Assembly (NCBI GenBank): GCA_052390515.1
Contig: JBQTGV010000187.1
Location: 1 to 35,264, forward strand
Length of the DNA: 35,264 nucleotides
Reading direction: 5' to 3'
DNA from: Candidatus Eiseniibacteriota bacterium
Lineage (GTDB): Bacteria > ARS69
The notes under the pieces are model-generated. The model did not search any database. It worked only from the letters and a program-made list of their open reading frames with translations, and was not told the DNA's origin. This document shows, piece after piece, positions 17,642 to 27,305 of this stretch. Made by a program: the position numbers and the translations under genes. Every line of letters begins with the position of its first letter. The stretch's first letter is position 1.

Positions 17642-19396
17642 ATGCCAGGCTCTCGCGACAAGCCGCTCGTCGTTCAGTCGGACCAGTCGCTCCTGCTCGA
17701 GGTGGGGCACCCCCTGGCCGAGGAGGCCCGCGAGGCGATCCTGCCCTTCGCCGACCTCCTGAAGTCCCCCGAGCACGTCCACACCTATCGCATCACGGCG
17801 CTCTCGCTGTGGAACGCTTCCGCCTCGGGGTTCGAGGCCGACGAGGTCCTGGAGCGGCTGGACGAGTTCAGTCGCTACCCGCTCCCACCGACCCTCGTCG
17901 CCGAGATCCGCCGTCAGATGTCCCGGTACGGGCTGGTGGAGCTGCTGCCGGGAAGCCGCAAGGAGCTCGTGCTGAGCGTCCGGGACGAGCGCCACGCACA
18001 GGAGGTCTTCCTGGATCCCGCGGTGCGGCCCTTCCTGCTGGACGAGGCGAACGGGGATCCCACGCGGCGGCGCGTGCGCACCCGGGACCGGGGCGAGGTG
18101 AAGATCGCGCTGACCGACATCGGCTTCCCGGCGCGCGACCTCGTCGGGTTCCACGAGGGCGAGCCGCTGGACGTGCGCGTCGCCGACAGCTGCGCGGACG
18201 GGTCGCCGTTCCACCTTCGGGGATACCAGCAGGCCGCGGTCGAGGCCTTCTTCCAGAACGGGAGCCCCGAGGGTGGGCAGGGCGTGGTGGTTCTGCCCTG
18301 CGGAGCCGGGAAGACGGTGGTCGGCATCGGCGCGATCGCCCAGGCCAAGGCCCGGACGCTGATCCTGGTGACCAACACCGTCGCGGCGAAGCAGTGGATC
18401 CGCGAGCTAGTCGACAAGACGACGCTCACTCCCTCGGACATCGGGGAGTACGACGGCACGAGCAAGGACGTTCGCCCGGTGACCGTGGCGACCTACCAGA
18501 TCCTCGTGTACCGGCGCAAGAAGGACGGCGGCTTCCCGCACATGGTGCTGTTCGAGCGCGAGAACTGGGGACTGGTGATCTACGACGAGGTGCACGTGCT
18601 GCCCGCGCCGGTGTTCCGTGCCACCTCGGAGATCCAGTCCAGGCGTCGCCTCGGGCTCACCGCCACTCTGGTCCGCGAGGACGGGCGCGAGACGGAGGTG
18701 TTCAGCCTGATCGGACCGAAGCGCTACGAGCTGCCCTGGCGGGAGCTCGAGTCCAAGGGCTGGATCGCCGAGGCGCACTGCCACGAGATCCGGGTCCCCT
18801 TCCCGGAAGAGCTGCGGGCCACGTACGCGGGCGCGGACAAGCGCCGCAAGTATCGCGTGGCGGCGGAGAATCCGCGCAAGGAGGACGTGGTGCGGCGGAT
18901 CCTGGCACACCACGCCGGGGACCACATTCTCATCATCGGCGGATACCTGAGCCAGCTGCGCTCGCTCGCCGCGGCGACCGGCGCTCCGCTCATCACCGGG
19001 CAGGTGCCGTCCTCGGAACGGGAGCGGTTGTACGACGCGTTCCGCCGCGGGGACATCCGCATCCTCGTCGTATCCAAGGTCGCGAACTTCGCCGTGGACC
19101 TGCCGGAGGCGAACGTGGCCATCCAGGTCAGCGGAACGTTCGGCTCCCGCCAGGAGGAAGCACAGCGCCTCGGACGGATCCTCCGCCCCAAGGAAGCCGA
19201 CACCCGCTTCTACTCGCTGGTCACCTCGAACACGTCGGAGCAGGAGTTCGCCCTGAAGCGGCAGCTGTTCCTCACCGAGCAGGGCTACCGCTACGACGTG
19301 GTGGATCTGGAGACGACCGAGGCCGTGCAGGCCCTGCTCGACCGAGTGGGCACACGGGAGCTGGCCGAAGGCCGCGTGGAGTGGCCGGCGCAGTGA
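17642..19396 (+). CDS. xpb: Bacterial XPB/Rad25 (Ssl2/ERCC3-like) SF2 DNA helicase
   Basis: N-terminal PLVVQSDQSLLLEV..KSPEHVHTYRITALSLWNA (Helicase_C_3-type domain), LRGYQ, LPCGAGKT, DEVH, LGLTAT, RED motif LVREDG, QRLGRILR. Confidence 0.95.
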   Translation: MPGSRDKPLVVQSDQSLLLEVGHPLAEEAREAILPFADLLKSPEHVHTYRITALSLWNASASGFEADEVLERLDEFSRYPLPPTLVAEIRRQMSRYGLVELLPGSRKELVLSVRDERHAQEVFLDPAVRPFLLDEANGDPTRRRVRTRDRGEVKIALTDIGFPARDLVGFHEGEPLDVRVADSCADGSPFHLRGYQQAAVEAFFQNGSPEGGQGVVVLPCGAGKTVVGIGAIAQAKARTLILVTNTVAAKQWIRELVDKTTLTPSDIGEYDGTSKDVRPVTVATYQILVYRRKKDGGFPHMVLFERENWGLVIYDEVHVLPAPVFRATSEIQSRRRLGLTATLVREDGRETEVFSLIGPKRYELPWRELESKGWIAEAHCHEIRVPFPEELRATYAGADKRRKYRVAAENPRKEDVVRRILAHHAGDHILIIGGYLSQLRSLAAATGAPLITGQVPSSERERLYDAFRRGDIRILVVSKVANFAVDLPEANVAIQVSGTFGSRQEEAQRLGRILRPKEADTRFYSLVTSNTSEQEFALKRQLFLTEQGYRYDVVDLETTEAVQALLDRVGTRELAEGRVEWPAQ

Positions 19397-21123
19397 AGCG
19401 GACGCTCGCGGATTTCTTCGGCAAAGAGCTCCACTTCGAGCACCTGCGAATGATCTACCGCCACTTCCTGGGGTCGGGCGGCTACGATCGCGCGCAGATG
19501 ACCGAGGAGCTCACCGCGCTGCTCTCCGGCCCGGAGGGGCGGGGGCGCCTCGCCGAGGGGCTCAGTCCGGACGAGATCGAGCTGCTCTACGTGCTGCGTC
19601 AGATCGGCGGGATAGCTCCGCGCCGGTGGCTCTTCCGCGAGCTGGCCACGCGCAGCGGCACCTCCGCCGATCCGTGGCGACGGGCTTTCCGGGATCTGCG
19701 CGCCCGTTACATCACGTTCCTGATCGCCCGCGACGTGGCCTACCTGCCGGAGGGCATCTCCGACGCGCTGGGCAAGAGCATCTCCGGCGAGCCGCCTCGC
19801 CGCTCGTCGGGCGTCGCGCCGGGGGCCAGCGCGGTCCGCCAGTCCGTGCACGGCCTGGTCATCGCGCTGCTGAACCAGATCCATCAGAACCCGCCGCGCG
19901 TCATGGCCGAGGAGGAGCGCATCTGGAAGCGCGACCTCGAGGCCATGGGTGACTTCTTCCACGGCTACCTGCTCGAGGCCGGCGAAGGCCCCGGCGCCGA
20001 CGGCCAGATCCGCGGCCGCGTGCGCCGCCTGGTGGAGCTGCTGCGCAACATGGGCTTCCTGGAGAAGCGAGGGAAGCGCCTGTACATCGACGCGCAGATC
20101 TGGTCGGACTGGGCCTCGCGTTCCGAAGTGGATCGGCAGAGTCTCTTTCTCTCGTTCCTGAAGGACCACTACGAGAACATCCCGGTCGCGCTCGAGGCGC
20201 TAGTCGACTGGCACGACGCGGACTGGATCCCGCTGGACCGGCTCACCGAGGCGGTGCGCTACCGCGCGCTGCGCAGCGCCTTCCACGTGCTGCGCGTCCG
20301 CCCGCAGGCCGAAGTCGTGGCCAGGGATCCCGGCCGGCGCTGGGTCTTCGCCTGCATGCATCTTCTCGCCGACATCGGGCTGGTGCACACCGGCACCTCG
20401 GAGAACGGCGAGGCCTTCGCCCGCGCGACCGACGGCGCGCTGGAGGCCTGGCGGATGCTGCACGAGGCGAAGGCGAGGCGCCGCCGCCGCCGCGATGCCG
20501 AGACGCCGCGCGCGTTCGCCCAGCCGAACTTCGAGCTGCTCATCCCCGAGGAGTGCGGGCCGCTGACCCACCGGGGCATCGGGGCGATCGCCCGGCTCAA
20601 GTCGCTCGATCGATTCTGGACCTACCTGCTGACGCCGCGCTCCGTGGCGCGCGGTGTGGAGGAGGGACTCACCACCTCGGGCGTCGTGCGCGCGCTGGAC
20701 GAGCTGGTCAACGGAGAGCTGCCCACCAACGTGCGTGAGGCGGTGGCCGGCTGGGCCGAGACGGCGTGGTGGGTCGACGCGGACGGGCACGGGCAGTTCC
20801 TGTGCGCCGAGCCGGGACTCTTCGACCGCATCGTGCGGATCGACGGACTCACCGAGCGCTTCGAGGTGCGCGGTCGGGCGTTGCGCGCGGTCGTGAACCG
20901 CGACGCGGCCGCCCGCTGGCTGGAGGAGCGCGGCATCCGCGTCGTCGAGGAAGTGTGCGACCCGCCCGGCGAGCTGGGGCGCAGCGCGCGCGTGACGTAC
21001 CTCCGCGCGATCGAGGCATGGCAACGACGTCTGGACCACGGCGGTGCGGGGACGCCCATCGGCAGCTACTGGGACGACGTCGTCCCGGTGGAGCCGGCCG
21101 GCGCCGACGGAGACGACGAGTGA
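19393..21123 (+). CDS. XPB-associated protein with Helicase_C_3 (helicase-associated) domain (576 aa)
   Basis: GTG overlaps the XPB stop (GTGA). Helical/winged-helix-like N-terminal region, then AFAQPNFELLIP..IARL..YLLTPRSVARGVEEG..LPTNVREAVAGW, which resembles the XPB N-terminal domain. Confidence 0.8.
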   Translation: MKRTLADFFGKELHFEHLRMIYRHFLGSGGYDRAQMTEELTALLSGPEGRGRLAEGLSPDEIELLYVLRQIGGIAPRRWLFRELATRSGTSADPWRRAFRDLRARYITFLIARDVAYLPEGISDALGKSISGEPPRRSSGVAPGASAVRQSVHGLVIALLNQIHQNPPRVMAEEERIWKRDLEAMGDFFHGYLLEAGEGPGADGQIRGRVRRLVELLRNMGFLEKRGKRLYIDAQIWSDWASRSEVDRQSLFLSFLKDHYENIPVALEALVDWHDADWIPLDRLTEAVRYRALRSAFHVLRVRPQAEVVARDPGRRWVFACMHLLADIGLVHTGTSENGEAFARATDGALEAWRMLHEAKARRRRRRDAETPRAFAQPNFELLIPEECGPLTHRGIGAIARLKSLDRFWTYLLTPRSVARGVEEGLTTSGVVRALDELVNGELPTNVREAVAGWAETAWWVDADGHGQFLCAEPGLFDRIVRIDGLTERFEVRGRALRAVVNRDAAARWLEERGIRVVEEVCDPPGELGRSARVTYLRAIEAWQRRLDHGGAGTPIGSYWDDVVPVEPAGADGDDE

Positions 21124-22139
21124 GACGGCGGCGTTGCGCGGCGGCGCTTCTCCTCGCCGGCATGGCCTTCGTGACGGCCTCCTGTGGAGGCGGCGGCGGC
21201 GATGTCGGCGGCAGGGGCGAAGAGGCTGCGAAGCCGTTCCGCGTGGCGGTGCTCCTCACCGGGCCGGTCTCCGACGACGGCTGGAACGCGAGCGCCTGGG
21301 AGGGCGCGGAGCGGATCCGAACCGAGCTGGGCGCCACGATCGCCAAGGTGGAGAGCCTGGACAAGAGCCGCTTCGAGGAGAACTTCCGGGAGTTCGCCGC
21401 TTCCGGCTACGATCTGATCTTCGGCCACGCGTACGAGTTCCAGGACGCGGCGCTGCGCGTCGCCGCGGATTTCCCGCGGACGACCTTCGTGGTGATCGCC
21501 GGGAACACGAGCGCGAAGAACGTCGGCGCCGTGCACTTCCGCCTGGAGGAGGCCACCTACGTGCTCGGCGCTCTCGCCGCGAGAATGTCGGACACGAAGG
21601 TGGCGGGGATGATCGGCGGCGAAGAGATCCCTTCGCTCGAGCCGGGCTTCGATGGTTTCGCCAACGGCGCCCGCTCCGTCGATCCCGGGTTCACCGTGGT
21701 GGCGAAGTACGTCGGCAACTGGCACGACGTGGCACTGGCCCGGGAGCACGCCGAGGCGCTGATCGAGCAGGGCGCGCGCTTCCTCTTCCAGAACGCCGAC
21801 AAGGCCGGACTCGGCGTGTTCCAGGCGGCGGAGGCGCACGAGGGCGTGTTCGCGTTCGGATCCAACAAGGACCAGAACGCGGTGGCGCCGAAGGCCGTGC
21901 TGGCCAGCGCAGTGCTCGACGTTCCCGCGGCCTACGCGAAGATCGCCGGCGAGGTGAAGGCGGGCACGTACTCACCCTCGGCCGCGACCATGGGCGTCGC
22001 CGAGGGAGTGGTCAGCGTGGTGATCAATCCGCAGCACGCCGCGGCTCTGGGCGCCGACGTCGCCTCGTTCCTCGCGGACCTCGAGCGGAGGATCTCGCTC
22101 GGCGAGATCGACGTGCTCGCCGACCCCGCCCGCCCTTGA
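21120..22139 (+). CDS. BMP-family (PnrA/Med-like) ABC substrate-binding lipoprotein, probably for nucleosides/purines
   Basis: GTG overlap; lipobox VTASC followed by a Gly linker; GPVSDDGWNASAWEG, GYDLIFGH, FPRTTF, GNWHD. Confidence 0.9.
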   Translation: MRRRRCAAALLLAGMAFVTASCGGGGGDVGGRGEEAAKPFRVAVLLTGPVSDDGWNASAWEGAERIRTELGATIAKVESLDKSRFEENFREFAASGYDLIFGHAYEFQDAALRVAADFPRTTFVVIAGNTSAKNVGAVHFRLEEATYVLGALAARMSDTKVAGMIGGEEIPSLEPGFDGFANGARSVDPGFTVVAKYVGNWHDVALAREHAEALIEQGARFLFQNADKAGLGVFQAAEAHEGVFAFGSNKDQNAVAPKAVLASAVLDVPAAYAKIAGEVKAGTYSPSAATMGVAEGVVSVVINPQHAAALGADVASFLADLERRISLGEIDVLADPARP

Positions 22140-23647
22140 CGGCGCTGCTCGAAGTCCGCGGACTCTCACGGAGCTTCGACGGACTCGCCGCGCTGGACGG
22201 AGTCGACCTCGACGTTCGGTCCGGATCCGTCCACGCCGTGCTCGGCGAGAACGGGGCCGGCAAGTCCACGCTCATGCACGTGCTCTTCGGGATGCTGCGG
22301 CCCGACGCGGGCACGCTGCGCTGGCACGATCGTGAGATCCGCCCGGCGTCTCCCGCCGAGGCCCTCGCGCTCGGGATCGGAATGGTCCATCAGCACTTCC
22401 AGCTCGTGGACGCGCTCACCGCCTGGGAGAACGTGTGGCTCGCGCATCCCGCGCGGCCGCGACTCCGCCTCGATCGTCGCCGCGCGCGGGAAGCCGTGTC
22501 CGAGCTCGCCGAGCGCTTCCGCCTGCGCCTCGATCCCGACGCCGTCTGCGGGGAGCTGCCCGTCGCCGCGAGGCAGAAGGTGGAGATCGCCAAGGCGCTC
22601 TCGCGGCCGTGCTCGCTGCTCATCCTGGACGAGCCCACCGCCGTGCTCGCCCCGCCGGAGGCGCGGGATCTCTTCGCCGTGGTCAGGGAGCTCACCGCTC
22701 GGGGGACGGCGGTCCTGTTCATCACCCACAAGCTCGACGAGGCGCTGGCGGTGTCGGATCGCGTCACGGTGCTTCGCCGGGGACGCGTGACGCTCGCGTC
22801 GGAGACGGCGAAGGCCGCGCGCGACGAGCTCGTGCGCGCGATCCTCGGCACCGACGGGTCACTCGTCCCGGCCGGCGGTCCGTCGGGGCAGCCCGTTCCC
22901 ACGAGGCCTGCGCTCTCCGTCCGGGATCTCCGCTCCCGGGCCGGTCGCATCGCCCTCGAGGGCGTCTCCTTCGATCTGTTCGAGGGGGAGATCCTCGGGG
23001 TGACCGGCGTCGACGGCAACGGGCAGGACGAGCTGGTGGAAGTGCTCGCCGGACTCCTCCGTCCGGACGCGGGGAGCATCCTGCTCGGCGGGGTCGACGT
23101 GACCGGCCTCGGCGTCCGCGACCGCTGGCGCGCAGGGCTTTCCGTCCTACCCGGCGACCGCGGCCGCGAAGGGCTTCTCCTGGACGCGACGCTGTGGGAG
23201 AACCTCGCGCTGCGCGAGTTCGGGGCACCGTGGGCGCGCAGCGGCTTGTTCCGCACCGTGGATCCTGCGGCGCACCGCCGGCGTGCGGAGGATCTGCTCT
23301 CACGCCACGACGTGCGCGCCGGCGGCATCGACGCGAAGGCCTCGAGCCTCTCCGGAGGCAACCAGCAGAAGCTCCTGCTCGCCCGCGAGCTGGCCGCCGA
23401 GCCGCGCGTCCTGGTCCTGTTGAACCCGACGCGTGGTCTGGACGTGGGAGCGGCGGGCGCGCTGCTGGGAGAGCTCCGGCGCCTCGCAGAGCGCGGCCGT
23501 GCCGTGCTGCTCGTCTCCACCGAGCTCGAGGAAGTGCTGGAGACCGCCCACCGCTGGGCGGTGATGCACGATGGCGAGCTCCGGGAGGCAGCCCGGCGGG
23601 ATCCGGAGCTGCTCGGCGCGATGATGCTCGGCGGTCTCGGGCCGTGA
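22136..23647 (+). CDS. ABC transporter ATP-binding protein, CUT2 type with two NBDs
   Basis: TTG overlap; GENGAGKST, GMVHQHF, LILDEPTAVL, second NBD GVDGNGQ, LSGGNQQK, PTRGLDVGA. Confidence 0.95.
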   Translation: MTALLEVRGLSRSFDGLAALDGVDLDVRSGSVHAVLGENGAGKSTLMHVLFGMLRPDAGTLRWHDREIRPASPAEALALGIGMVHQHFQLVDALTAWENVWLAHPARPRLRLDRRRAREAVSELAERFRLRLDPDAVCGELPVAARQKVEIAKALSRPCSLLILDEPTAVLAPPEARDLFAVVRELTARGTAVLFITHKLDEALAVSDRVTVLRRGRVTLASETAKAARDELVRAILGTDGSLVPAGGPSGQPVPTRPALSVRDLRSRAGRIALEGVSFDLFEGEILGVTGVDGNGQDELVEVLAGLLRPDAGSILLGGVDVTGLGVRDRWRAGLSVLPGDRGREGLLLDATLWENLALREFGAPWARSGLFRTVDPAAHRRRAEDLLSRHDVRAGGIDAKASSLSGGNQQKLLLARELAAEPRVLVLLNPTRGLDVGAAGALLGELRRLAERGRAVLLVSTELEEVLETAHRWAVMHDGELREAARRDPELLGAMMLGGLGP

Positions 23648-24651
23648 TCGCCGTCGCCGTCCGACCGCTCGCGCTCATCGCCGCGGCGCTCGCCGCGTCC
23701 GCCCTGGTCGTGCTCGCCTCCGGGCACGATCCGCTCGCCGCGCTGGGCGCGCTGTTCGAGGGCGCGTTCGGCTCCGCATACGGATTCGCCAATGTCTGGA
23801 CGAAGACCTGCCCGCTGCTGCTGACCGGGCTCGCCGTCCTGGTGGCGTTCCGCGCCGGCTTCTGGAACATCGGGGCGGAAGGGCAGTTCGTCGTCGGGGC
23901 GATCGCTGCGGGCTGGATCGGGGCGATGCCTGGGTTTCCCCCGCTCGTGCACCCGCTCGTCGCTTTCATGGCCGCGTTCGCCGCCGGCGCCGGCTGGTGC
24001 CTGATCGCCGCGTGGCTCCGCGTCCGGCGCGGCGCGCTGGAGGTCATCTCCACCATCCTGCTGAACTTCGTCGCGCTGTACCTGCTCTCCTGGCTGGTGC
24101 ACGGACCGCTGATGCAGGAGTCCGGTGCGCAGCCCATCGGCGACCCCGTGGCCCCGACCGCGAGGCTTCCCCGTCTCTTCGGCGGCGGCACCACGCTGCA
24201 CGCCGGCATCCTGATCGCGCTGGCGGCGGCCGCGGCCGGACACCTTCTCTTCTCCCGCACCGAGACCGGCTTCCGGCTGGATGCGGTCGGGCGCAACCCG
24301 CGCGCGGCCGCCTGGGCCGGGATCCCCGTGGGGCGGTCCTTGATCACGGCCGCTGGGATCTCCGGCGGGCTCGCCGGGCTGGGTGGAGCCGTCGAGGTGC
24401 TCGGCGTGCTCGAGCGACTCTTCGACAAGGTGTCGCCCGGCTACGGCTTCACCGCGATCGCCGTGGCGCTGCTCGCGCGGCTGAAGCCGGCGGCGCTCCT
24501 GCCGGCGGCGCTGTTCTTCGGCGCGCTGGAGGCGGGCTCCTCGCGCATGCAGCAGGTCGCCGGCGTGTCCCACGTGCTCGTCCTGGTGGTCCAGGCGATC
24601 GTGATCCTCGCCTCGGCGGCGAGCGGCGTGCTGGCTGCGAGGAAGACGTGA
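23644..24651 (+). CDS. Nucleoside-type ABC transporter permease
   Basis: GTG overlap; FRAGFWNIGAEGQ, EVISTILLN, GRNPRAA, GYGFTAIAVALLA. Confidence 0.92.
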   Translation: MIAVAVRPLALIAAALAASALVVLASGHDPLAALGALFEGAFGSAYGFANVWTKTCPLLLTGLAVLVAFRAGFWNIGAEGQFVVGAIAAGWIGAMPGFPPLVHPLVAFMAAFAAGAGWCLIAAWLRVRRGALEVISTILLNFVALYLLSWLVHGPLMQESGAQPIGDPVAPTARLPRLFGGGTTLHAGILIALAAAAAGHLLFSRTETGFRLDAVGRNPRAAAWAGIPVGRSLITAAGISGGLAGLGGAVEVLGVLERLFDKVSPGYGFTAIAVALLARLKPAALLPAALFFGALEAGSSRMQQVAGVSHVLVLVVQAIVILASAASGVLAARKT

Positions 24652-25589
24652 TGGAGGAGGCGGTCGCAGCCGGCTTGCTCGACGCGACGGTGCGCATGGC
24701 GCTGCCCGTGCTTCTGGTCGTCGCCGGCGAGATCGTCGCCGAGCGCGCCGGCGTGCTGAACATCGGGCTCGAGGGCATGATCCTGGCGGGGGCCTTCGCC
24801 GGCTTCGCTGGGGCGTGGCAGACCGGCTCTCCTTCCTTCGGCCTGCTGCTCGGCGTCGGCGCCGCCGCGCTCCTGGCCTTCGCCTTCGGCCTGCTCGTCG
24901 TGCGCGGCGCGCTGGATCCTATCGTCACCGGCGTCGCCCTGAACGTCTTCTCGCTGGGCGTCACCGGCGTGCTGTTCCGCGCTCTCACCGACGGCGCGGA
25001 GCGGCCGCTCTTCGTCACGACCTTCGCGCCGCTCCCGGTTCCGCTGCTGTCCGACCTACCCGTCGTCGGCCCGACGTTCGCCTCTCTGAACGCGCTCGGC
25101 TGGGCGACGATCGCGGTGACGCTGGCGGCGGCGGTGTTCCTCACGCGCACCGCACCGGGGCTCCTGCTGCGCGCCGCCGGCGAGAACCCCGAAGCCGTCG
25201 AGACCGCCGGCGTCGACGTGCTCCGGGTGCGCATGCTGGCGGTGCTGTTCTGCGGAATGACAGCCGGCGCAGCCGGCGTCTACCTCTCGTGCGGGTACTC
25301 CAACACGTTCGTCGAGAACATGTCCGCGGGACGAGGGTTCGTGGCGCTGGCGATCGTGGTCTTCGCCCGCTGGCATCCCCTGGCCGGTGCCGCGGGAGCG
25401 CTGCTCTTCGGCCTGGCCATGGCCGCCCAGGTCCGCCTGCAGGGGCGGAGCCTGTTCGGCGCGGAGATCCCCTACCAGTTCTTCCAGATGTTGCCGTACG
25501 CTCTCACCCTCGCGGTCCTCGCGGCCACGACCCGGCGGGGCGCCGGAGCACCGGGGGCCCTGGCCAGGCCGTGGCGGAGGGTACGGTGA
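24651..25589 (+). CDS. Nucleoside-type ABC transporter permease
   Basis: TGATG overlap; ERAGVLNIGLEG, RAAGENP, GRGFVALAIVVFARW, MLPY. Confidence 0.92.
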   Translation: MEEAVAAGLLDATVRMALPVLLVVAGEIVAERAGVLNIGLEGMILAGAFAGFAGAWQTGSPSFGLLLGVGAAALLAFAFGLLVVRGALDPIVTGVALNVFSLGVTGVLFRALTDGAERPLFVTTFAPLPVPLLSDLPVVGPTFASLNALGWATIAVTLAAAVFLTRTAPGLLLRAAGENPEAVETAGVDVLRVRMLAVLFCGMTAGAAGVYLSCGYSNTFVENMSAGRGFVALAIVVFARWHPLAGAAGALLFGLAMAAQVRLQGRSLFGAEIPYQFFQMLPYALTLAVLAATTRRGAGAPGALARPWRRVR

Positions 25590-26353
25590 TTCACGTGACC
25601 CGCGTGGAGCGGCTGGAGGCGGCGGCGCCGGCGGGACCGGGGCGCGTCCGCGTCATGGCCTTCGATCTCGAGGCGACGATCGAGGGCGAAGTGGACCCGG
25701 CGAGCGGGATGGTGGTGAACCTCGCCGAGATGAAGCGCGAGCTGCGCGAGCGCGTCGTCGCCGTGCTCGGGGGAGCCGTTCTGGACGGGGAGGGCGGCCG
25801 CGCGGCCTGCCCGACCCCGGAGGCTCTGGCCGGCGAAGTCTGGCGCCGGCTCGGGGGCCGGCTGGCGGGGAAACGGCTCGTCCGCGTCCGGCTCGTGGCG
25901 AAGCCGTCGCCGATCATCGACTGCCGGGGGGAAGGAGACATGGACGTCACCCGCGTGTACGAGTTCAGCGCGTCGCACCGCCTGCACAGCCCGAACCTCG
26001 ACGAGGAGGCGAACCGCGCGATCTTCGGGAAGTGCAACAACCCCGAGGGCCACGGTCACAACTACGTGATGGAGGTGACCGTGCGCGGCCGGCCGGGAGG
26101 CTCGGGCGAGGTCTTCGCCGCGGCCGAGCTGGACCGTATCGTGGAGCGGGAGGTGATCGGCCGCTGGGATCACAAGAACCTGAACGCCGATCTCGCCGAG
26201 TTCCGGGCGGTGAACCCGACCGCGGAGGAGATCGCGCGGACGGCCTGGCGGCGGATCGTCGTGGCCATGCCGGAGGGCGACGGCGCCGTCCGCCTCCATC
26301 GCATCAAGCTCCGCGAGACGGAGCGCAACCACGTCGAGTACTTCGGCGACTGA
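25586..26353 (+). CDS. Tandem-domain 6-pyruvoyltetrahydropterin synthase / QueD-family protein (255 aa)
   Basis: C-terminal domain FSASHRL..FGKCNNPEGHGHNY..DHKNLN..PTAE..ETERN. The N-terminal domain retains EGEVDPASGMVVNL and PTPE but lacks the Zn-binding His residues. Confidence 0.88.
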   Translation: MIHVTRVERLEAAAPAGPGRVRVMAFDLEATIEGEVDPASGMVVNLAEMKRELRERVVAVLGGAVLDGEGGRAACPTPEALAGEVWRRLGGRLAGKRLVRVRLVAKPSPIIDCRGEGDMDVTRVYEFSASHRLHSPNLDEEANRAIFGKCNNPEGHGHNYVMEVTVRGRPGGSGEVFAAAELDRIVEREVIGRWDHKNLNADLAEFRAVNPTAEEIARTAWRRIVVAMPEGDGAVRLHRIKLRETERNHVEYFGD

Positions 26354-26360
26354 GGTCGGC

Positions 26361-27305
26361 ATGATGCGCGACGTTCCCGAGGTGGCGAGGATCGAGCGGG
26401 CCAAGCTCGGCAGGCTCGCCCTGCGCGGCGCCGACGCCGCCGACTTCCTGCAGAGAATGACGTCGAACGATCTCGCCGCCGTCCGTGAGGGCGAAGGCGC
26501 CGCGACGCTGCTGCTCGAGCGCACCGGTCGCTTCATCGACCGACTGATCGCCTGCCACGCCGGTCCGGGCGAATGGCTGGTGATCTGCGGGCCGGATCGT
26601 GGCCCGGCGGTCCGCGATGCGCTGCAGAGGTTCATCTTCGCCGAGGATCTGCGTCTCGACGACCTGTCCGGATCGACCTCGCTCGTGACCGTGCTCGGCT
26701 CGGCGGCGGCGGAGACGCTACACGCGCGCCTCGGCGTCCCGGCGGAGGAGCTGGCTCGCTTCCACCACCGCGAGGCGGCGGCGGTCGGTCCCGGAGCACG
26801 CGTCATCCGCGCCGAGGACGTGGGGGGTCGGGCCTTCCACGTCGTCGTTCCCACCGTTTCGCGCGGAGCGCTCGAGCAGCGCCTGGAGGGCGTGCCGCTC
26901 CTCGACGAGGACGGATGGCGGACCGTCCGCGTGGCGTCCGGCGTCCCCGAGTTCGGCGAGGAGTTCAGCGAGCGCACCGTGGCCATCGAGGCGGGCATGG
27001 AGGACGCGATCAGCTTCACCAAGGGCTGCTACGTCGGCCAGGAGGTCATCGCGCGCGTGGTTCACCACGACCGTATCCGCAAGACGCTGGTGCGCGTGCG
27101 CTTGAAGGGCGAAGCCGTGCCGCCGCGCGGCGCGAAGCTCGCGCATGGCGACGACGACGCCGGCGAGATCAGCTCCGCGGTGCGTTGCCGCGGCGGCGAG
27201 GTGCTGGGCCTCGCCTACGTGCGCACGGGATTCGAGACGCCGGGGAACCGCCTGTCGGTGATTGAGGCGGATGGTCGCCGCGAGGCGGAGGTGCTCGCCC
27301 CATGA
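26361..27305 (+). CDS. ygfZ: YgfZ/GcvT-family folate-binding protein
   Basis: GADAADFLQRMTSND and the signature ISFTKGCYVGQEVIAR. Confidence 0.88.
   Translation: MMRDVPEVARIERAKLGRLALRGADAADFLQRMTSNDLAAVREGEGAATLLLERTGRFIDRLIACHAGPGEWLVICGPDRGPAVRDALQRFIFAEDLRLDDLSGSTSLVTVLGSAAAETLHARLGVPAEELARFHHREAAAVGPGARVIRAEDVGGRAFHVVVPTVSRGALEQRLEGVPLLDEDGWRTVRVASGVPEFGEEFSERTVAIEAGMEDAISFTKGCYVGQEVIARVVHHDRIRKTLVRVRLKGEAVPPRGAKLAHGDDDAGEISSAVRCRGGEVLGLAYVRTGFETPGNRLSVIEADGRREAEVLAP

Noticed and set aside
17809..19392. 1104-aa ORF overlapping XPB, suggesting a frameshift fusion
   Set aside because: The upstream part is a shadow frame. XPB has a complete C-terminus, there is a normal GTGA overlap, and no slippery sequence is visible.
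23410..23445. Degenerate Walker B (VLLNPTRG) in the second ABC domain as a sign of pseudogenisation
   Set aside because: Degeneracy of the second NBD is normal in CUT2 nucleoside/sugar ATPases.
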